From assembly GCA_964057225.1 (NCBI GenBank), contig OZ059895.1:2480001-2544000 (forward strand): a stretch of DNA of 64,000 bases, given 5' to 3'. Under the pieces are notes generated by a model. That model searched no databases. It worked only from the letters and a program-made list of their open reading frames with translations, and had not been told where the DNA came from. A program made the position numbers and the translations under genes. Of the stretch, positions 10,882 through 26,800 are shown one piece after another. The stretch comes from Auanema rhodensis (taxonomy: Eukaryota; Animalia; Nematoda). Within the stretch, counting starts at the first letter, position 1. Each line of letters begins with the position of its first letter.

Positions 10882-13800
10882 GATGCGGATTTTTAAGCTG
10901 CGTCGATCTGTGTTATCAGATTTGCGCTAGCTTAAAAATGCACCGAGATATCAACTGATATAAGTTCACACTTATATCCTCGATTTTCACCCTGAAGAAT
11001 TAATTTTTTCGTTGAATAGCATTGTCCATCGTCTTTGCCTTGAAAAAAGGAATCTAAAAACATCTACTTTTTGCTAAATTATTCTGAAATTTTTCGAAAA
11101 AATTTTTGTCAAAATGTTTTTGGAAGCAATGTTGAGTGTACATGGAAACTCAACATACACTAATGCATCATTTTTCAAACGATCATAACTAATTTTTGTA
11201 TCAAGCGTTTCTTAATGTAGTATAGTGCATTCGATGCGGATTTTTAAGCTGCGTCGATCTGTGTTATCAGATTTGCGCTAGCTTAAAAATGCACCGAGAT
11301 ATCAACTGATATAAGTTCACACTTATATCCTCGATTTTCACCCTGAAGAATTAATTTTTTCGTTGAATAACATTGTCCATCGTCTTTGCCTTGAAAAATG
11401 GAATCTAAAAACATCTACTTTTTGCTAAATTATTTTGAAATTTTTCGAAAAAATTTTTGTCAAAATGTTTTTGGAAGCAATGTTGAGTGTACATGGAAAC
11501 TCAACATACACTAATGCATCATTTTTCAAACAATCATAACCAATTTGTGTATTAAGCGTTTCTCAATGTAGTATAGTGTATTCGATGCGGATTTTTAAGC
11601 TGCGTCGATCTGTGTTATCAGATTTGCGCTAGCTTGAAAATGCACCGAGATATCAACTGATATAAGTTCACACTTATATCCTCGATTTTCACCCTGAAGA
11701 ATTAATTTTTTCGTTGAATAACATTGTCTATCGTCTTTGCCTTGAAAAATGGAATCTAAAAACATCTACTTTTTGCTAAATTATTTTGAAATTTTTCGAA
11801 AAAATTTTTGTCAAAATGTTTTTGGAAGCAATGTTGAGTGTACATGGAAACTCAACATACACTAATGCATCATTTTTCAAACGATCATAACTAATTTTTG
11901 TATCAAGCGTTTCTCAATGTAGTATAGTGCATTCGATGCAGATTTTTAAGCTGCGTCGATCTGTGTTATCAGATTTGCGCTAGCTTAAAAATGCACCGAG
12001 ATATCAACTGATATAAGTTCACACTTATATCCTCGATTTTCACCCTGAAGAATTAATTTTTTCGTTGAATAGCATTGTCCATCGTCTTTGCCTTGAAAAA
12101 AGGAATCTAAAAACATCTACTTTTTGCTAAATTATTCTGAAATTTTTCGAAAAAATTTTTGTCAAAATGTTTTTGGAAGCAATGTTGAGTGTACATGGAA
12201 ACTCAACATACACTAATGCATCATTTTTCAAACGATCATAACTAATTTTTGTATCAAGCGTTTCTTAATGTAGTATAGTGCATTCGATGCGGATTTTTAA
12301 GCTGCGTCGATCTGTGTTATCAGATTTGCGCTAGCTTAAAAATGCACCGAGATATCAACTGATATAAGTTCACACTTATATCCTCGATTTTCACCCTGAA
12401 GAATTAATTTTTTCGTTGAATAACATTGTCCATCGTCTTTGCCTTGAAAAATGGAATCTAAAAACATCTACTTTTTGCTAAATTATTTTGAAATTTTTCG
12501 AAAAAATTTTTGTCAAAATGTTTTTGGAAGCAATGTTGAGTGTACATGGTAACTCAACATACACTAATGCATCATTTTTCAAACAATCATAACCAATTTG
12601 TGTATTAAGCGTTTCTCAATGTAGTATAGTGCATTCGATGCGAATTTTTAAGCTGCGTCGATCTGTGTTATCAGATTTGCGCTAGCTTAAAAATGCACCG
12701 AGATATCAACTGATATAAGTTCACACTTATATCCTCGATTTTCACCCTGAAGAATTAATTTTTTCGTTGAATAACATTGTCCATCGTCTTTGCCTTGAAA
12801 AAAGGAATCTAAAAACATCTACTTTTTGCTAAATTATTCTGAAATTTTTCGAAAAAATTTTTGTCAAAATGTTTTTGGAAGCAATGTTGAGTGTACATGG
12901 AAACTCAACATACACTAATGCATCATTTTTCAAACGATCATAACTAATTTTTGTATCAAGCGTTTCTTAATGTAGTATAGTGCATTCGATGCGGATTTTT
13001 AAGCTGCGTCGATCTGTGTTATCAGATTTGCGCTAGCTTAAAAATGCACCGAGATATCAACTGATATAAGTTCACACTTATATCCTCGATTTTCACCCTG
13101 AAGAATTAATTTTTTCGTTGAATAACATTGTCCATCGTCTTTGCCTTGAAAAATGGAATCTAAAAACATCTACTTTTTGCTAAATTATTTTGAAATTTTT
13201 CGAAAAAATTTTTGTCAAAATGTTTTTGGAAGCAATGTTGAGTGTACATGGTAACTCAACATACACTAATGCATCATTTTTCAAACAATCATAACCAATT
13301 TGTGTATTAAGCGTTTCTCAATGTAGTATAGTGTATTCGATGCGGATTTTTAAGCTGCGTCGATCTGTGTTATCAGATTTGCGCTAGCTTGAAAATGCAC
13401 CGAGATATCAACTGATATAAGTTCACACTTATATCCTCGATTTTCACCCTGAAGAATTAATTTTTTCGTTGAATAACATTGTCTATCGTCTTTGCCTTGA
13501 AAAATGGAATCTAAAAACATCTACTTTTTGCTAAATTATTTTGAAATTTTTCGAAAAAATTTTTGTCAAAATGTTTTTGGAAGCAATGTTGAGTGTACAT
13601 GGAAACTCAACATACACTAATGCATCATTTTTCAAACGATCATAACTAATTTTTGTATCAAGCGTTTCTCAATGTAGTATAGTGCATTCGATGCAGATTT
13701 TTAAGCTGCGTCGATCTGTGTTATCAGATTTGCGCTAGCTTAAAAATGCACCGAGATATCAACTGATATAAGTTCACACTTATATCCTCGATTTTCACCC

Positions 13801-16800
13801 TGAAGAATTAATTTTTTCGTTGAATAGCATTGTCCATCGTCTTTGCCTTGAAAAAAGGAATCTAAAAACATCTACTTTTTGCTAAATTATTCTGAAATTT
13901 TTCGAAAAAATTTTTGTCAAAATGTTTTTGGAAGCAATGTTGAGTGTACATGGAAACTCAACATACACTAATGCATCATTTTTCAAACGATCATAACTAA
14001 TTTTTGTATCAAGCGTTTCTTAATGTAGTATAGTGCATTCGATGCGGATTTTTAAGCTGCGTCGATCTGTGTTATCAGATTTGCGCTAGCTTAAAAATGC
14101 ACCGAGATATCAACTGATATAAGTTCACACTTATATCCTCGATTTTCACCCTGAAGAATTAATTTTTTCGTTGAATAACATTGTCCATCGTCTTTGCCTT
14201 GAAAAATGGAATCTAAAAACATCTACTTTTTGCTAAATTATTTTGAAATTTTTCGAAAAAATTTTTGTCAAAATGTTTTTGGAAGCAATGTTGAGTGTAC
14301 ATGGTAACTCAACATACACTAATGCATCATTTTTCGAACAATCATAACCAATTTGTGTATTAAGCGTTTCTCAATGTAGTATAGTGTATTCGATGCGGAT
14401 TTTTAAGCTGCGTCGATCTGTGTTATCAGATTTGCGCTAGCTTGAAAATGCACCGAGATATCAACTGATATAAGTTCACACTTATATCCTCGATTTTCAC
14501 CCTGAAGAATTAATTTTTTCGTTGAATAACATTGTCTATCGTCTTTGCCTTGAAAAATGGAATCTAAAAACATCTACTTTTTGCTAAATTATTTTGAAAT
14601 TTTTCGAAAAAATTTTTGTCAAAATGTTTTTGGAAGCAATGTTGAGTGTACATGGAAACTCAACATACACTAATGCATCATTTTTCAAACGATCATAACT
14701 AATTTTTGTATCAAGCGTTTCTCAATGTAGTATAGTGCATTCGATGCAGATTTTTAAGCTGCGTCGATCTGTGTTATCAGATTTGCGCTAGCTTAAAAAT
14801 GCACCGAGATATCAACTGATATAAGTTCACACTTATATCCTCGATTTTCACCCTGAAGAATTAATTTTTTCGTTGAATAGCATTGTCCATCGTCTTTGCC
14901 TTGAAAAAAGGAATCTAAAAACATCTACTTTTTGCTAAATTATTCTGAAATTTTTCGAAAAAATTTTTGTCAAAATGTTTTTGGAAGCAATGTTGAGTGT
15001 ACATGGAAACTCAACATACACTAATGCATCATTTTTCAAACGATCATAACTAATTTTTGTATCAAGCGTTTCTTAATGTAGTATAGTGCATTCGATGCGG
15101 ATTTTTAAGCTGCGTCGATCTGTGTTATCAGATTTGCGCTAGCTTAAAAATGCACCGAGATATCAACTGATATAAGTTCACACTTATATCCTCGATTTTC
15201 ACCCTGAAGAATTAATTTTTTCGTTGAATAACATTGTCCATTGTCTTTGCCTTGAAAAATGAAATCTAAAAACATCTACTTTTTGCTAAATTATTTTGAA
15301 ATTTTTCGAAAAAATTTTTGTCAAAATGTTTTTGGAAGCAATGTTGAGTGTACATGGAAACTCAACATACACTAATGCATCATTTTTCAAACGATCATAA
15401 CTAATTTTTGTATCAAACGTTTCTCAATGTAGTATAGTGCATTCGATGCGGATTTTTAAGCTGCGTCGATCTGTGTTATCAGATTTGCGCTAGCTTGAAA
15501 ATGCACCGAGATATCAACTGATATAAGTTCACACTTATATCCTCGATTTTCACCCTGAAGAATTAATTTTTTCGTTGAATAACATTGTCCATTGTCTTTG
15601 CCTTGAAAAATGAAATCTAAAAACATCTACTTTTTGCTAAATTATTTTGAAATTTTTCGAAAAAATTTTTGTCAAAATGTTTTTGGAAGCAATGTTGAGT
15701 GTACATGGAAACTCAACATACACTAATGCATCATTTTTCAAACGATCATAACTAATTTTTGTATCAAGCGTTTCTCAATGTAGTATAGTGCATTCGATGC
15801 GGATTTTTAAGCTGCGTCGATCTGTGTTATCAGATTTGCGCTAGCTTGAAAATGCACCGAGATATCAACTGATATAAGTTCACACTTATATCCTCGATTT
15901 TCACCCTGAAGAATTAATTTTTTCGTTGAATAACATTGTCTATCGTCTTTGCCTTGAAAAATGGAATCTAAAAACATCTACTTTTTGCTAAATTATTTTG
16001 AAATTTTTCGAAAAAATTTTTGTCAAAATGTTTTTGGAAGCAATGTTGAGTGTACATGGAAACTCAACATACACTAATGCATCATTTTTCAAACGATCAT
16101 AACTAATTTTTGTATCAAGCGTTTCTCAATGTAGTATAGTGCATTCGATGCGGATTTTTAAGCTGCGTCGATCTGTGTTATCAGATTTGCGCTAGCTTGA
16201 AAATGCACCGAGATATCAACTGATATAAGTTCACACTTATAACCTCGATTTTCACCCTGAAGAATTAATTTTTTCGTTGAATAGCATTGTCCATCGTCTT
16301 TGCCTTGAAAAAAGGAATCTAAAAACATCTACTTTTTGCTAAATTATTCTGAAATTTTTCGAAAAAATTTTTGTCAAAATGTTTTTGGAAGCAATGTTGA
16401 GTGTACATGGAAACTCAACATACACTAATGCATCATTTTTCAAACGATCATAACTAATTTTTGTATCAAGCGTTTCTTAATGTAGTATAGTGCATTCGAT
16501 GCGGATTTTTAAGCTGCGTCGATCTGTGTTATCAGATTTGCGCTAGCTTAAAAATGCACCGAGATATCAACTGATATAAGTTCACACTTATATCCTCGAT
16601 TTTCACCCTGAAGAATTAATTTTTTCGTTGAATAACATTGTCCATTGTCTTTGCCTTGAAAAATGAAATCTAAAAACATCTACTTTTTGCTAAATTATTT
16701 TGAAATTTTTCGAAAAAATTTTTGTCAAAATGTTTTTGGAAGCAATGTTGAGTGTACATGGAAACTCAACATACACTAATGCATCATTTTTCAAACGATC

Positions 16801-19800
16801 ATAACTAATTTTTGTATCAAACGTTTCTCAATGTAGTATAGTGCATTCGATGCGGATTTTTAAGCTGCGTCGATCTGTGTTATCAGATTTGCGCTAGCTT
16901 GAAAATGCACCGAGATATCAACTGATATAAGTTCACACTTATATCCTCGATTTTCACCCTGAAGAATTAATTTTTTCGTTGAATAACATTGTCCATTGTC
17001 TTTGCCTTGAAAAATGAAATCTAAAAACATCTACTTTTTGCTAAATTATTTTGAAATTTTTCGAAAAAATTTTTGTCAAAATGTTTTTGGAAGCAATGTT
17101 GAGTGTACATGGAAACTCAACATACACTAATGCATCATTTTTCAAACAATCATAACCAATTTGTGTATTAAGCGTTTCTCAATGTAGTATAGTGCATTCG
17201 ATGCGGATTTTTAAGCTGCGTCGATCTGTGTTATCAGATTTGCGCTAGCTTGAAAATGCACCGAGATATCAACTGATATAAGTTCACACTTATATCCTCG
17301 ATTTTCACCCTGAAGAATTAATTTTTTCGTTGAATAACATTGTCTATCGTCTTTGCCTTGAAAAATGGAATCTAAAAACATCTACTTTTTGCTAAATTAT
17401 TTTGAAATTTTTCGAAAAAATTTTTGTCAAAATGTTTTTGGAAGCAATGTTGAGTGTACATGGAAACTCAACATACACTAATGCATCATTTTTCAAACGA
17501 TCATAACTAATTTTTGTATCAAGCGTTTCTCAATGTAGTATAGTGCATTCGATGCAGATTTTTAAGCTGCGTCGATCTGTGTTATCAGATTTGCGCTAGC
17601 TTAAAAATGCACCGAGATATCAACTGATATAAGTTCACACTTATATCCTCGATTTTCACCCTGAAGAATTAATTTTTTCGTTGAATAGCATTGTCCATCG
17701 TCTTTGCCTTGAAAAAAGGAATCTAAAAACATCTACTTTTTGCTAAATTATTCTGAAATTTTTCGAAAAAATTTTTGTCAAAATGTTTTTGGAAGCAATG
17801 TTGAGTGTACATGGAAACTCAACATACACTAATGCATCATTTTTCAAACGATCATAACTAATTTTTGTATCAAGCGTTTCTTAATGTAGTATAGTGCATT
17901 CGATGCGGATTTTTAAGCTGCGTCGATCTGTGTTATCAGATTTGCGCTAGCTTAAAAATGCACCGAGATATCAACTGATATAAGTTCACACTTATATCCT
18001 CGATTTTCACCCTGAAGAATTAATTTTTTCGTTGAATAACATTGTCCATTGTCTTTGCCTTGAAAAATGAAATCTAAAAACATCTACTTTTTGCTAAATT
18101 ATTTTGAAATTTTTCGAAAAAATTTTTGTCAAAATGTTTTTGGAAGCAATGTTGAGTGTACATGGAAACTCAACATACACTAATGCATCATTTTTCAAAC
18201 GATCATAACTAATTTTTGTATCAAACGTTTCTCAATGTAGTATAGTGCATTCGATGCGGATTTTTAAGCTGCGTCGATCTGTGTTATCAGATTTGCGCTA
18301 GCTTGAAAATGCACCGAGATATCAACTGATATAAGTTCACACTTATATCCTCGATTTTCACCCTGAAGAATTAATTTTTTCGTTGAATAACATTGTCCAT
18401 TGTCTTTGCCTTGAAAAATGAAATCTAAAAACATCTACTTTTTGCTAAATTATTTTGAAATTTTTCGAAAAAATTTTTGTCAAAATGTTTTTGGAAGCAA
18501 TGTTGAGTGTACATGGAAACTCAACATACACTAATGCATCATTTTTCAAACAATCATAACCAATTTGTGTATTAAGCGTTTCTCAATGTAGTATAGTGCA
18601 TTCGATGCGGATTTTTAAGCTGCGTCGATCTGTGTTATCAGATTTGCGCTAGCTTGAAAATGCACCGAGATATCAACTGATATAAGTTCACACTTATATC
18701 CTCGATTTTCACCCTGAAGAATTAATTTTTTCGTTGAATAACATTGTCTATCGTCTTTGCCTTGAAAAATGGAATCTAAAAACATCTACTTTTTGCTAAA
18801 TTATTTTGAAATTTTTCGAAAAAATTTTTGTCAAAATGTTTTTGGAAGCAATGTTGAGTGTACATGGAAACTCAACATACACTAATGCATCATTTTTCAA
18901 ACGATCATAACTAATTTTTGTATCAAGCGTTTCTCAATGTAGTATAGTGCATTCGATGCAGATTTTTAAGCTGCGTCGATCTGTGTTATCAGATTTGCGC
19001 TAGCTTAAAAATGCACCGAGATATCAACTGATATAAGTTCACACTTATATCCTCGATTTTCACCCTGAAGAATTAATTTTTTCGTTGAATAGCATTGTCC
19101 ATCGTCTTTGCCTTGAAAAAAGGAATCTAAAAACATCTACTTTTTGCTAAATTATTCTGAAATTTTTCGAAAAAATTTTTGTCAAAATGTTTTTGGAAGC
19201 AATGTTGAGTGTACATGGAAACTCAACATACACTAATGCATCATTTTTCAAACGATCATAACTAATTTTTGTATCAAGCGTTTCTTAATGTAGTATAGTG
19301 CATTCGATGCGGATTTTTAAGCTGCGTCGATCTGTGTTATCAGATTTGCGCTAGCTTAAAAATGCACCGAGATATCAACTGATATAAGTTCACACTTATA
19401 TCCTTGATTTTCACCCTGAAGAATTAATTTTTTCGTTGAATAACATTGTCCATTGTCTTTGCCTTGAAAAATGAAATCTAAAAACATCTACTTTTTGCTA
19501 AATTATTTTGAAATTTTTCGAAAAAATTTTTGTCAAAATGTTTTTGGAAGCAATGTTGAGTGTACATGGAAACTCAACATACACTAATGCATCATTTTTC
19601 AAACGATCATAACTAATTTTTGTATCAAACGTTTCTCAATGTAGTATAGTGCATTCGATGCGGATTTTTAAGCTGCGTCGATCTGTGTTATCAGATTTGC
19701 GCTAGCTTAAAAATGCACCGAGATATCAACTGATATAAGTTCACACTTATATCCTCGATTTTCACCCTGAAGAATTAATTTTTTCGTTGAATAGCATTGT

Positions 19801-22800
19801 CCATCGTCTTTGCCTTGAAAAAAGGAATCTAAAAACATCTACTTTTTGCTAAATTATTCTGAAATTTTTCGAAAAAATTTTTGTCAAAATGTTTTTGGAA
19901 GCAATGTTGAGTGTACATGGAAACTCAACATACACTAATGCATCATTTTTCAAACGATCATAACTAATTTTTGTATCAAGCGTTTCTCAATGTAGTATAG
20001 TGCATTCGATGCAGATTTTTAAGCTGCGTCGATCTGTGTTATCAGATTTGCGCTAGCTTAAAAATGCACCGAGATATCAACTGATATAAGTTCACACTTA
20101 TATCCTCGATTTTCACCCTGAAGAATTAATTTTTTCGTTGAATAACATTGTCCATTGTCTTTGCCTTGAAAAATGAAATCTAAAAACATCTACTTTTTGC
20201 TAAATTATTTTGAAATTTTTTGAAAAAATTTTTGTCAAAATGTTTTTGGAAGCAATGTTGAGTGTACATGGAAACTCAACATACACTAATGCATCATTTT
20301 TCAAACGATCATAACTAATTTTTGTATCAAACGTTTCTCAATGTAGTATAGTGCATTCGATGCGGATTTTTAAGCTGCGTCGATCTGTGTTATCAGATTT
20401 GCGCTAGCTTGAAAATGCACCGAGATATCAACTGATATAAGTTCACACTTATATCCTCGATTTTCACCCTGAAGAATTAATTTTTTCGTTGAATAACATT
20501 GTCCATTGTCTTTGCCTTGAAAAATGAAATCTAAAAACATCTACTTTTTGCTAAATTATTTTGAAATTTTTCGAAAAAATTTTTGTCAAAATGTTTTTGG
20601 AAGCAATGTTGAGTGTACATGGAAACTCAACATACACTAATGCATCATTTTTCAAACAATCATAACCAATTTGTGTATTAAGCGTTTCTCAATGTAGTAT
20701 AGTGCATTCGATGCGGATTTTTAAGCTGCGTCGATCTGTGTTATCAGATTTGCGCTAGCTTGAAAATGCACCGAGATATCAACTGATATAAGTTCACACT
20801 TATATCCTCGATTTTCACCCTGAAGAATTAATTTTTTCGTTGAATAACATTGTCCATTGTCTTTGCCTTGAAAAATGAAATCTAAAAACATCTACTTTTT
20901 GCTAAATTATTTTGAAATTTTTCGAAAAAATTTTTGTCAAAATGTTTTTGGAAGCAATGTTGAGTGTACATGGAAACTCAACATACACTAATGCATCATT
21001 TTTCAAACAATCATAACCAATTTGTGTATTAAGCGTTTCTCAATGTAGTATAGTGCATTCGATGCGGATTTTTAAGCTGCGTCGATCTGTGTTATCAGAT
21101 TTGCGCTAGCTTGAAAATGCACCGAGATATCAACTGATATAAGTTCACACTTATATCCTCGATTTTCACCCTGAAGAATTAATTTTTTCGTTGAATAACA
21201 TTGTCTATCGTCTTTGCCTTGAAAAATGGAATCTAAAAACATCTACTTTTTGCTAAATTATTTTGAAATTTTTCGAAAAAATTTTTGTCAAAATGTTTTT
21301 GGAAGCAATGTTGAGTGTACATGGAAACTCAACATACACTAATGCATCATTTTTCAAACGATCATAACTAATTTTTGTATCAAGCGTTTCTCAATGTAGT
21401 ATAGTGCATTCGATGCAGATTTTTAAGCTGCGTCGATCTGTGTTATCAGATTTGCGCTAGCTTAAAAATGCACCGAGATATCAACTGATATAAGTTCACA
21501 CTTATATCCTCGATTTTCACCCTGAAGAATTAATTTTTTCGTTGAATAGCATTGTCCATCGTCTTTGCCTTGAAAAAAGGAATCTAAAAACATCTACTTT
21601 TTGCTAAATTATTCTGAAATTTTTCGAAAAAATTTTTGTCAAAATGTTTTTGGAAGCAATGTTGAGTGTACATGGAAACTCAACATACACTAATGCATCA
21701 TTTTTCAAACGATCATAACTAATTTTTGTATCAAGCGTTTCTTAATGTAGTATAGTGCATTCGATGCGGATTTTTAAGCTGCGTCGATCTGTGTTATCAG
21801 ATTTGCGCTAGCTTAAAAATGCACCGAGATATCAACTGATATAAGTTCACACTTATATCCTCGATTTTCACCCTGAAGAATTAATTTTTTCGTTGAATAA
21901 CATTGTCCATTGTCTTTGCCTTGAAAAATGAAATCTAAAAACATCTACTTTTTGCTAAATTATTTTGAAATTTTTCGAAAAAATTTTTGTCAAAATGTTT
22001 TTGGAAGCAATGTTGAGTGTACATGGAAACTCAACATACACTAATGCATCATTTTTCAAACGATCATAACTAATTTTTGTATCAAACGTTTCTCAATGTA
22101 GTATAGTGCATTCGATGCGGATTTTTAAGCTGCGTCGATCTGTGTTATCAGATTTGCGCTAGCTTAAAAATGCACCGAGATATCAACTGATATAAGTTCA
22201 CACTTATATCCTCGATTTTCACCCTGAAGAATTAATTTTTTCGTTGAATAGCATTGTCCATCGTCTTTGCCTTGAAAAAAGGAATCTAAAAACATCTACT
22301 TTTTGCTAAATTATTCTGAAATTTTTCGAAAAAATTTTTGTCAAAATGTTTTTGGAAGCAATGTTGAGTGTACATGGAAACTCAACATACACTAATGCAT
22401 CATTTTTCAAACGATCATAACTAATTTTTGTATCAAGCGTTTCTTAATGTAGTATAGTGCATTCGATGCGGATTTTTAAGCTGCGTCGATCTGTGTTATC
22501 AGATTTGCGCTAGCTTAAAAATGCACCGAGATATCAACTGATATAAGTTCACACTTATATCCTCGATTTTCACCCTGAAGAATTAATTTTTTCGTTGAAT
22601 AACATTGTCCATTGTCTTTGCCTTGAAAAATGAAATCTAAAAACATCTACTTTTTGCTAAATTATTTTGAAATTTTTCGAAAAAATTTTTGTCAAAATGT
22701 TTTTGGAAGCAATGTTGAGTGTACATGGAAACTCAACATACACTAATGCATCATTTTTCAAACGATCATAACTAATTTTTGTATCAAACGTTTCTCAATG

Positions 22801-23868
22801 TAGTATAGTGCATTCGATGCGGATTTTTAAGCTGCGTCGATCTGTGTTATCAGATTTGCGCTAGCTTAAAAATGCACCGAGATATCAACTGATATAAGTT
22901 CACACTTATATCCTCGATTTTCACCCTGAAGAATTAATTTTTTCGTTGAATAGCATTGTCCATCGTCTTTGCCTTGAAAAAAGGAATCTAAAAACATCTA
23001 CTTTTTGCTAAATTATTCTGAAATTTTTCGAAAAAATTTTTGTCAAAATGTTTTTGGAAGCAATGTTGAGTGTACATGGAAACTCAACATACACTAATGC
23101 ATCATTTTTCAAACGATCATAACTAATTTTTGTATCAAGCGTTTCTTAATGTAGTATAGTGCATTCGATGCGGATTTTTAAGCTGCGTCGATCTGTGTTA
23201 TCAGATTTGCGCTAGCTTAAAAATGCACCGAGATATCAACTGATATAAGTTCACACTTATATCCTCGATTTTCACCCTGAAGAATTAATTTTTTCGTTGA
23301 ATAACATTGTCCATTGTCTTTGCCTTGGAAAATGAAATCTAAAAACATCTACTTTTTGCTAAATTATTTTGAAATTTTTCGAAAAAATTTTTGTCAAAAT
23401 GTTTTTGGAAGCAATGTTGAGTGTACATGGAAACTCAACATACACTAATGCATCATTTTTCAAACGATCATAACTAATTTTTGTATCAAACGTTTCTGAA
23501 TGTAGTATAGTGCATTCGATGCGAATTTTTAAGCTGCGTCGATCTGTGTTATCAGATTTGCGCTAGCTTAAAAATGCACCGAGATATCAACTGATATAAG
23601 TTCACACTTATATCCTCGATTTTCACCCTGAAGAATTAATTTTTTCGTTGAATAACATTGTCCATTGTCTTTGCCTTGAAAAATGAAATCTAAAAACATC
23701 TACTTTTTGCTAAATTATTTTGAAATTTTTCGAAAAAATTTTTGTCAAAATGTTTTTGGAAGCAATGTTGAGTGTACATGGAAACTCAACATACACTAAT
23801 GCATCATTTTTCAAACGATCATAACTAATTTTTGTATCAAACGTTTCTCAATGTAGTATAGTGCATTC
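10882..23868 (+). repeat. Domain 2: E/F/G/H-type monomers forming 3-mer, then 4-mer, then 2-mer HORs
   Basis: E = GAATAGC + ATTCTGA + TTCTTAATG. F = ACAATCATAACCAATTTGTG. G = CTTGAAAATG + GTCTATC. H = CCATTGTC + AAAATGAAATC. E recurs at 10882, 11935, 13690, 14743, 16147, 17551, 18955, 19657, 21412, 22114 and 22816. Confidence 0.8.
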
Positions 23869-26800
23869 GATGCGGATTTTTAAGCTGCGTCGATCTGTGT
23901 TATCAGATTTGCGCTAGCTTAAAAATGCACCGAGATATCAACTGATATAAGTTCACACTTATATCCTCGATTTTCACCCTGAAGAATTAATTTTTTCGTT
24001 GAATAACATTGTCCATCGTCTTTGCCTTGAAAAAAGGAATCTAAAAACATCTACTTTTTGCTAAATTATTTTGAAATTTTTGGAAAAAATTTTTGCCAAA
24101 ATGTTTTTGGAAGCAATGTTGAGTGTACATGGAAACTCAACATACACTAATGCATCATTTTTCAAACGATCATAACTAATTTTTGTATTAAGCGTTTCTC
24201 AATGTAGTATAGTGCATTCGATGCGAATTTTTAAGCTGCGTCGATCTGTGTTATCAGATTTGCGCTAGCTTAAAAATGCACCGAGATATCAACTGATATA
24301 AGTTCACACTTATATCCTCGATTTTCACCCTGAAGAATTAATTTTTTCGTTGAATAACATTGTCCATCGTCTTTGCCTTGAAAAAAGGAATCTAAAAACA
24401 TCTACTTTTTGCTAAATTATTTTGAAATTTTTGGAAAAAATTTTTGCCAAAATGTTTTTGGAAGCAATGTTGAGTGTACATGGAAACTCAACATACACTA
24501 ATGCATCATTTTTCAAACGATCATAACTAATTTTTGTATTAAGCGTTTCTCAATGTAGTATAGTGCATTCGATGCGGATTTTTAAGCTGCGTCGATCTGT
24601 GTTATCAGATTTGCGCTAGCTTAAAAATGCACCGAGATATCAACTGATATAAGTTCACACTTATATCCTCGATTTTCACCCTGAAGAATTAATTTTTTCG
24701 TTGAATAGCATTGTCCATCGTCTTTGCCTTGAAAAAAGGAATCTAAAAACATCTACTTTTTGCTAAATTATTTTGAAATTTTTGGAAAAAATTTTTGCCA
24801 AAATGTTTTTGGAAGCAATGTTGAGTGTACATGGAAACTCAACATACACTAATGCATCATTTTTCAAACGATCATAACTAATTTTTGTATTAAGCGTTTC
24901 TCAATGTAGTATAGTGCATTCGATGCGAATTTTTAAGCTGCGTCGATCTGTGTTATCAGATTTGCGCTAGCTTAAAAATGCACCGAGATATCAACTGATA
25001 TAAGTTCACACTTATATCCTCGATTTTCACCCTGAAGAATTAATTTTTTCGTTGAATAACATTGTCCATCGTCTTTGCCTTGAAAAAAGGAATCTAAAAA
25101 CATCTACTTTTTGCTAAATTATTTTGAAATTTTTGGAAAAAATTTTTGTCAAAATGTTTTTGGAAGCAATGTTGAGTGTACATGGAAACTCAACATACAC
25201 TAATGCATCATTTTTCAAACGATCATAACTAATTTTTGTATCAAGCGTTTCTCAATGTAGTATAGTGCATTCGATGCGGATTTTTAAGCTGCGTCGATCT
25301 GTGTTATCAGATTTGCGCTAGCTTAAAAATGCACCGAGATATCAACTGATATAAGTTCACACTTATATCCTCGATTTTCACCCTGAAGAATTAATTTTTT
25401 CGTTGAATAACATTGTCCATCGTCTTTGCCTTGAAAAAAGGAATCTAAAAACATCTACTTTTTGCTAAATTATTTTGAAATTTTTGGAAAAAATTTTTGC
25501 CAAAATGTTTTTGGAAGCAATGTTGAGTGTACATGGAAACTCAACATACACTAATGCATCATTTTTCAAACGATCATAACTAATTTTTGTATTAAGCGTT
25601 TCTCAATGTAGTATAGTGCATTCGATGCGAATTTTTAAGCTGCGTCGATCTGTGTTATCAGATTTGCGCTAGCTTAAAAATGCACCGAGATATCAACTGA
25701 TATAAGTTCACACTTATATCCTCGATTTTCACCCTGAAGAATTAATTTTTTCGTTGAATAACATTGTCCATCGTCTTTGCCTTGAAAAAAGGAATCTAAA
25801 AACATCTACTTTTTGCTAAATTATTTTGAAATTTTTGGAAAAAATTTTTGTCAAAATGTTTTTGGAAGCAATGTTGAGTGTACATGGAAACTCAACATAC
25901 ACTAATGCATCATTTTTCAAACGATCATAACTAATTTTTGTATTAAGCGTTTCTCAATGTAGTATAGTGCATTCGATGCGGATTTTTAAGCTGCGTCGAT
26001 CTGTGTTATCAGATTTGCGCTAGCTTAAAAATGCACCGAGATATCAACTGATATAAGTTCACACTTATATCCTCGATTTTCACCCTGAAGAATTAATTTT
26101 TTCGTTGAATAGCATTGTCCATCGTCTTTGCCTTGAAAAAAGGAATCTAAAAACATCTACTTTTTGCTAAATTATTTTGAAATTTTTGGAAAAAATTTTT
26201 GCCAAAATGTTTTTGGAAGCAATGTTGAGTGTACATGGAAACTCAACATACACTAATGCATCATTTTTCAAACGATCATAACTAATTTTTGTATTAAGCG
26301 TTTCTCAATGTAGTATAGTGCATTCGATGCGGATTTTTAAGCTGCGTCGATCTGTGTTATCAGATTTGCGCTAGCTTAAAAATGCACCGAGATATCAACT
26401 GATATAAGTTCACACTTATATCCTCGATTTTCACCCTGAAGAATTAATTTTTTCGTTGAATAGCATTGTCCATCGTCTTTGCCTTGAAAAAAGGAATCTA
26501 AAAACATCTACTTTTTGCTAAATTATTTTGAAATTTTTGGAAAAAATTTTTGCCAAAATGTTTTTGGAAGCAATGTTGAGTGTACATGGAAACTCAACAT
26601 ACACTAATGCATCATTTTTCAAACGATCATAACTAATTTTTGTATTAAGCGTTTCTCAATGTAGTATAGTGCATTCGATGCGAATTTTTAAGCTGCGTCG
26701 ATCTGTGTTATCAGATTTGCGCTAGCTTAAAAATGCACCGAGATATCAACTGATATAAGTTCACACTTATATCCTCGATTTTCACCCTGAAGAATTAATT

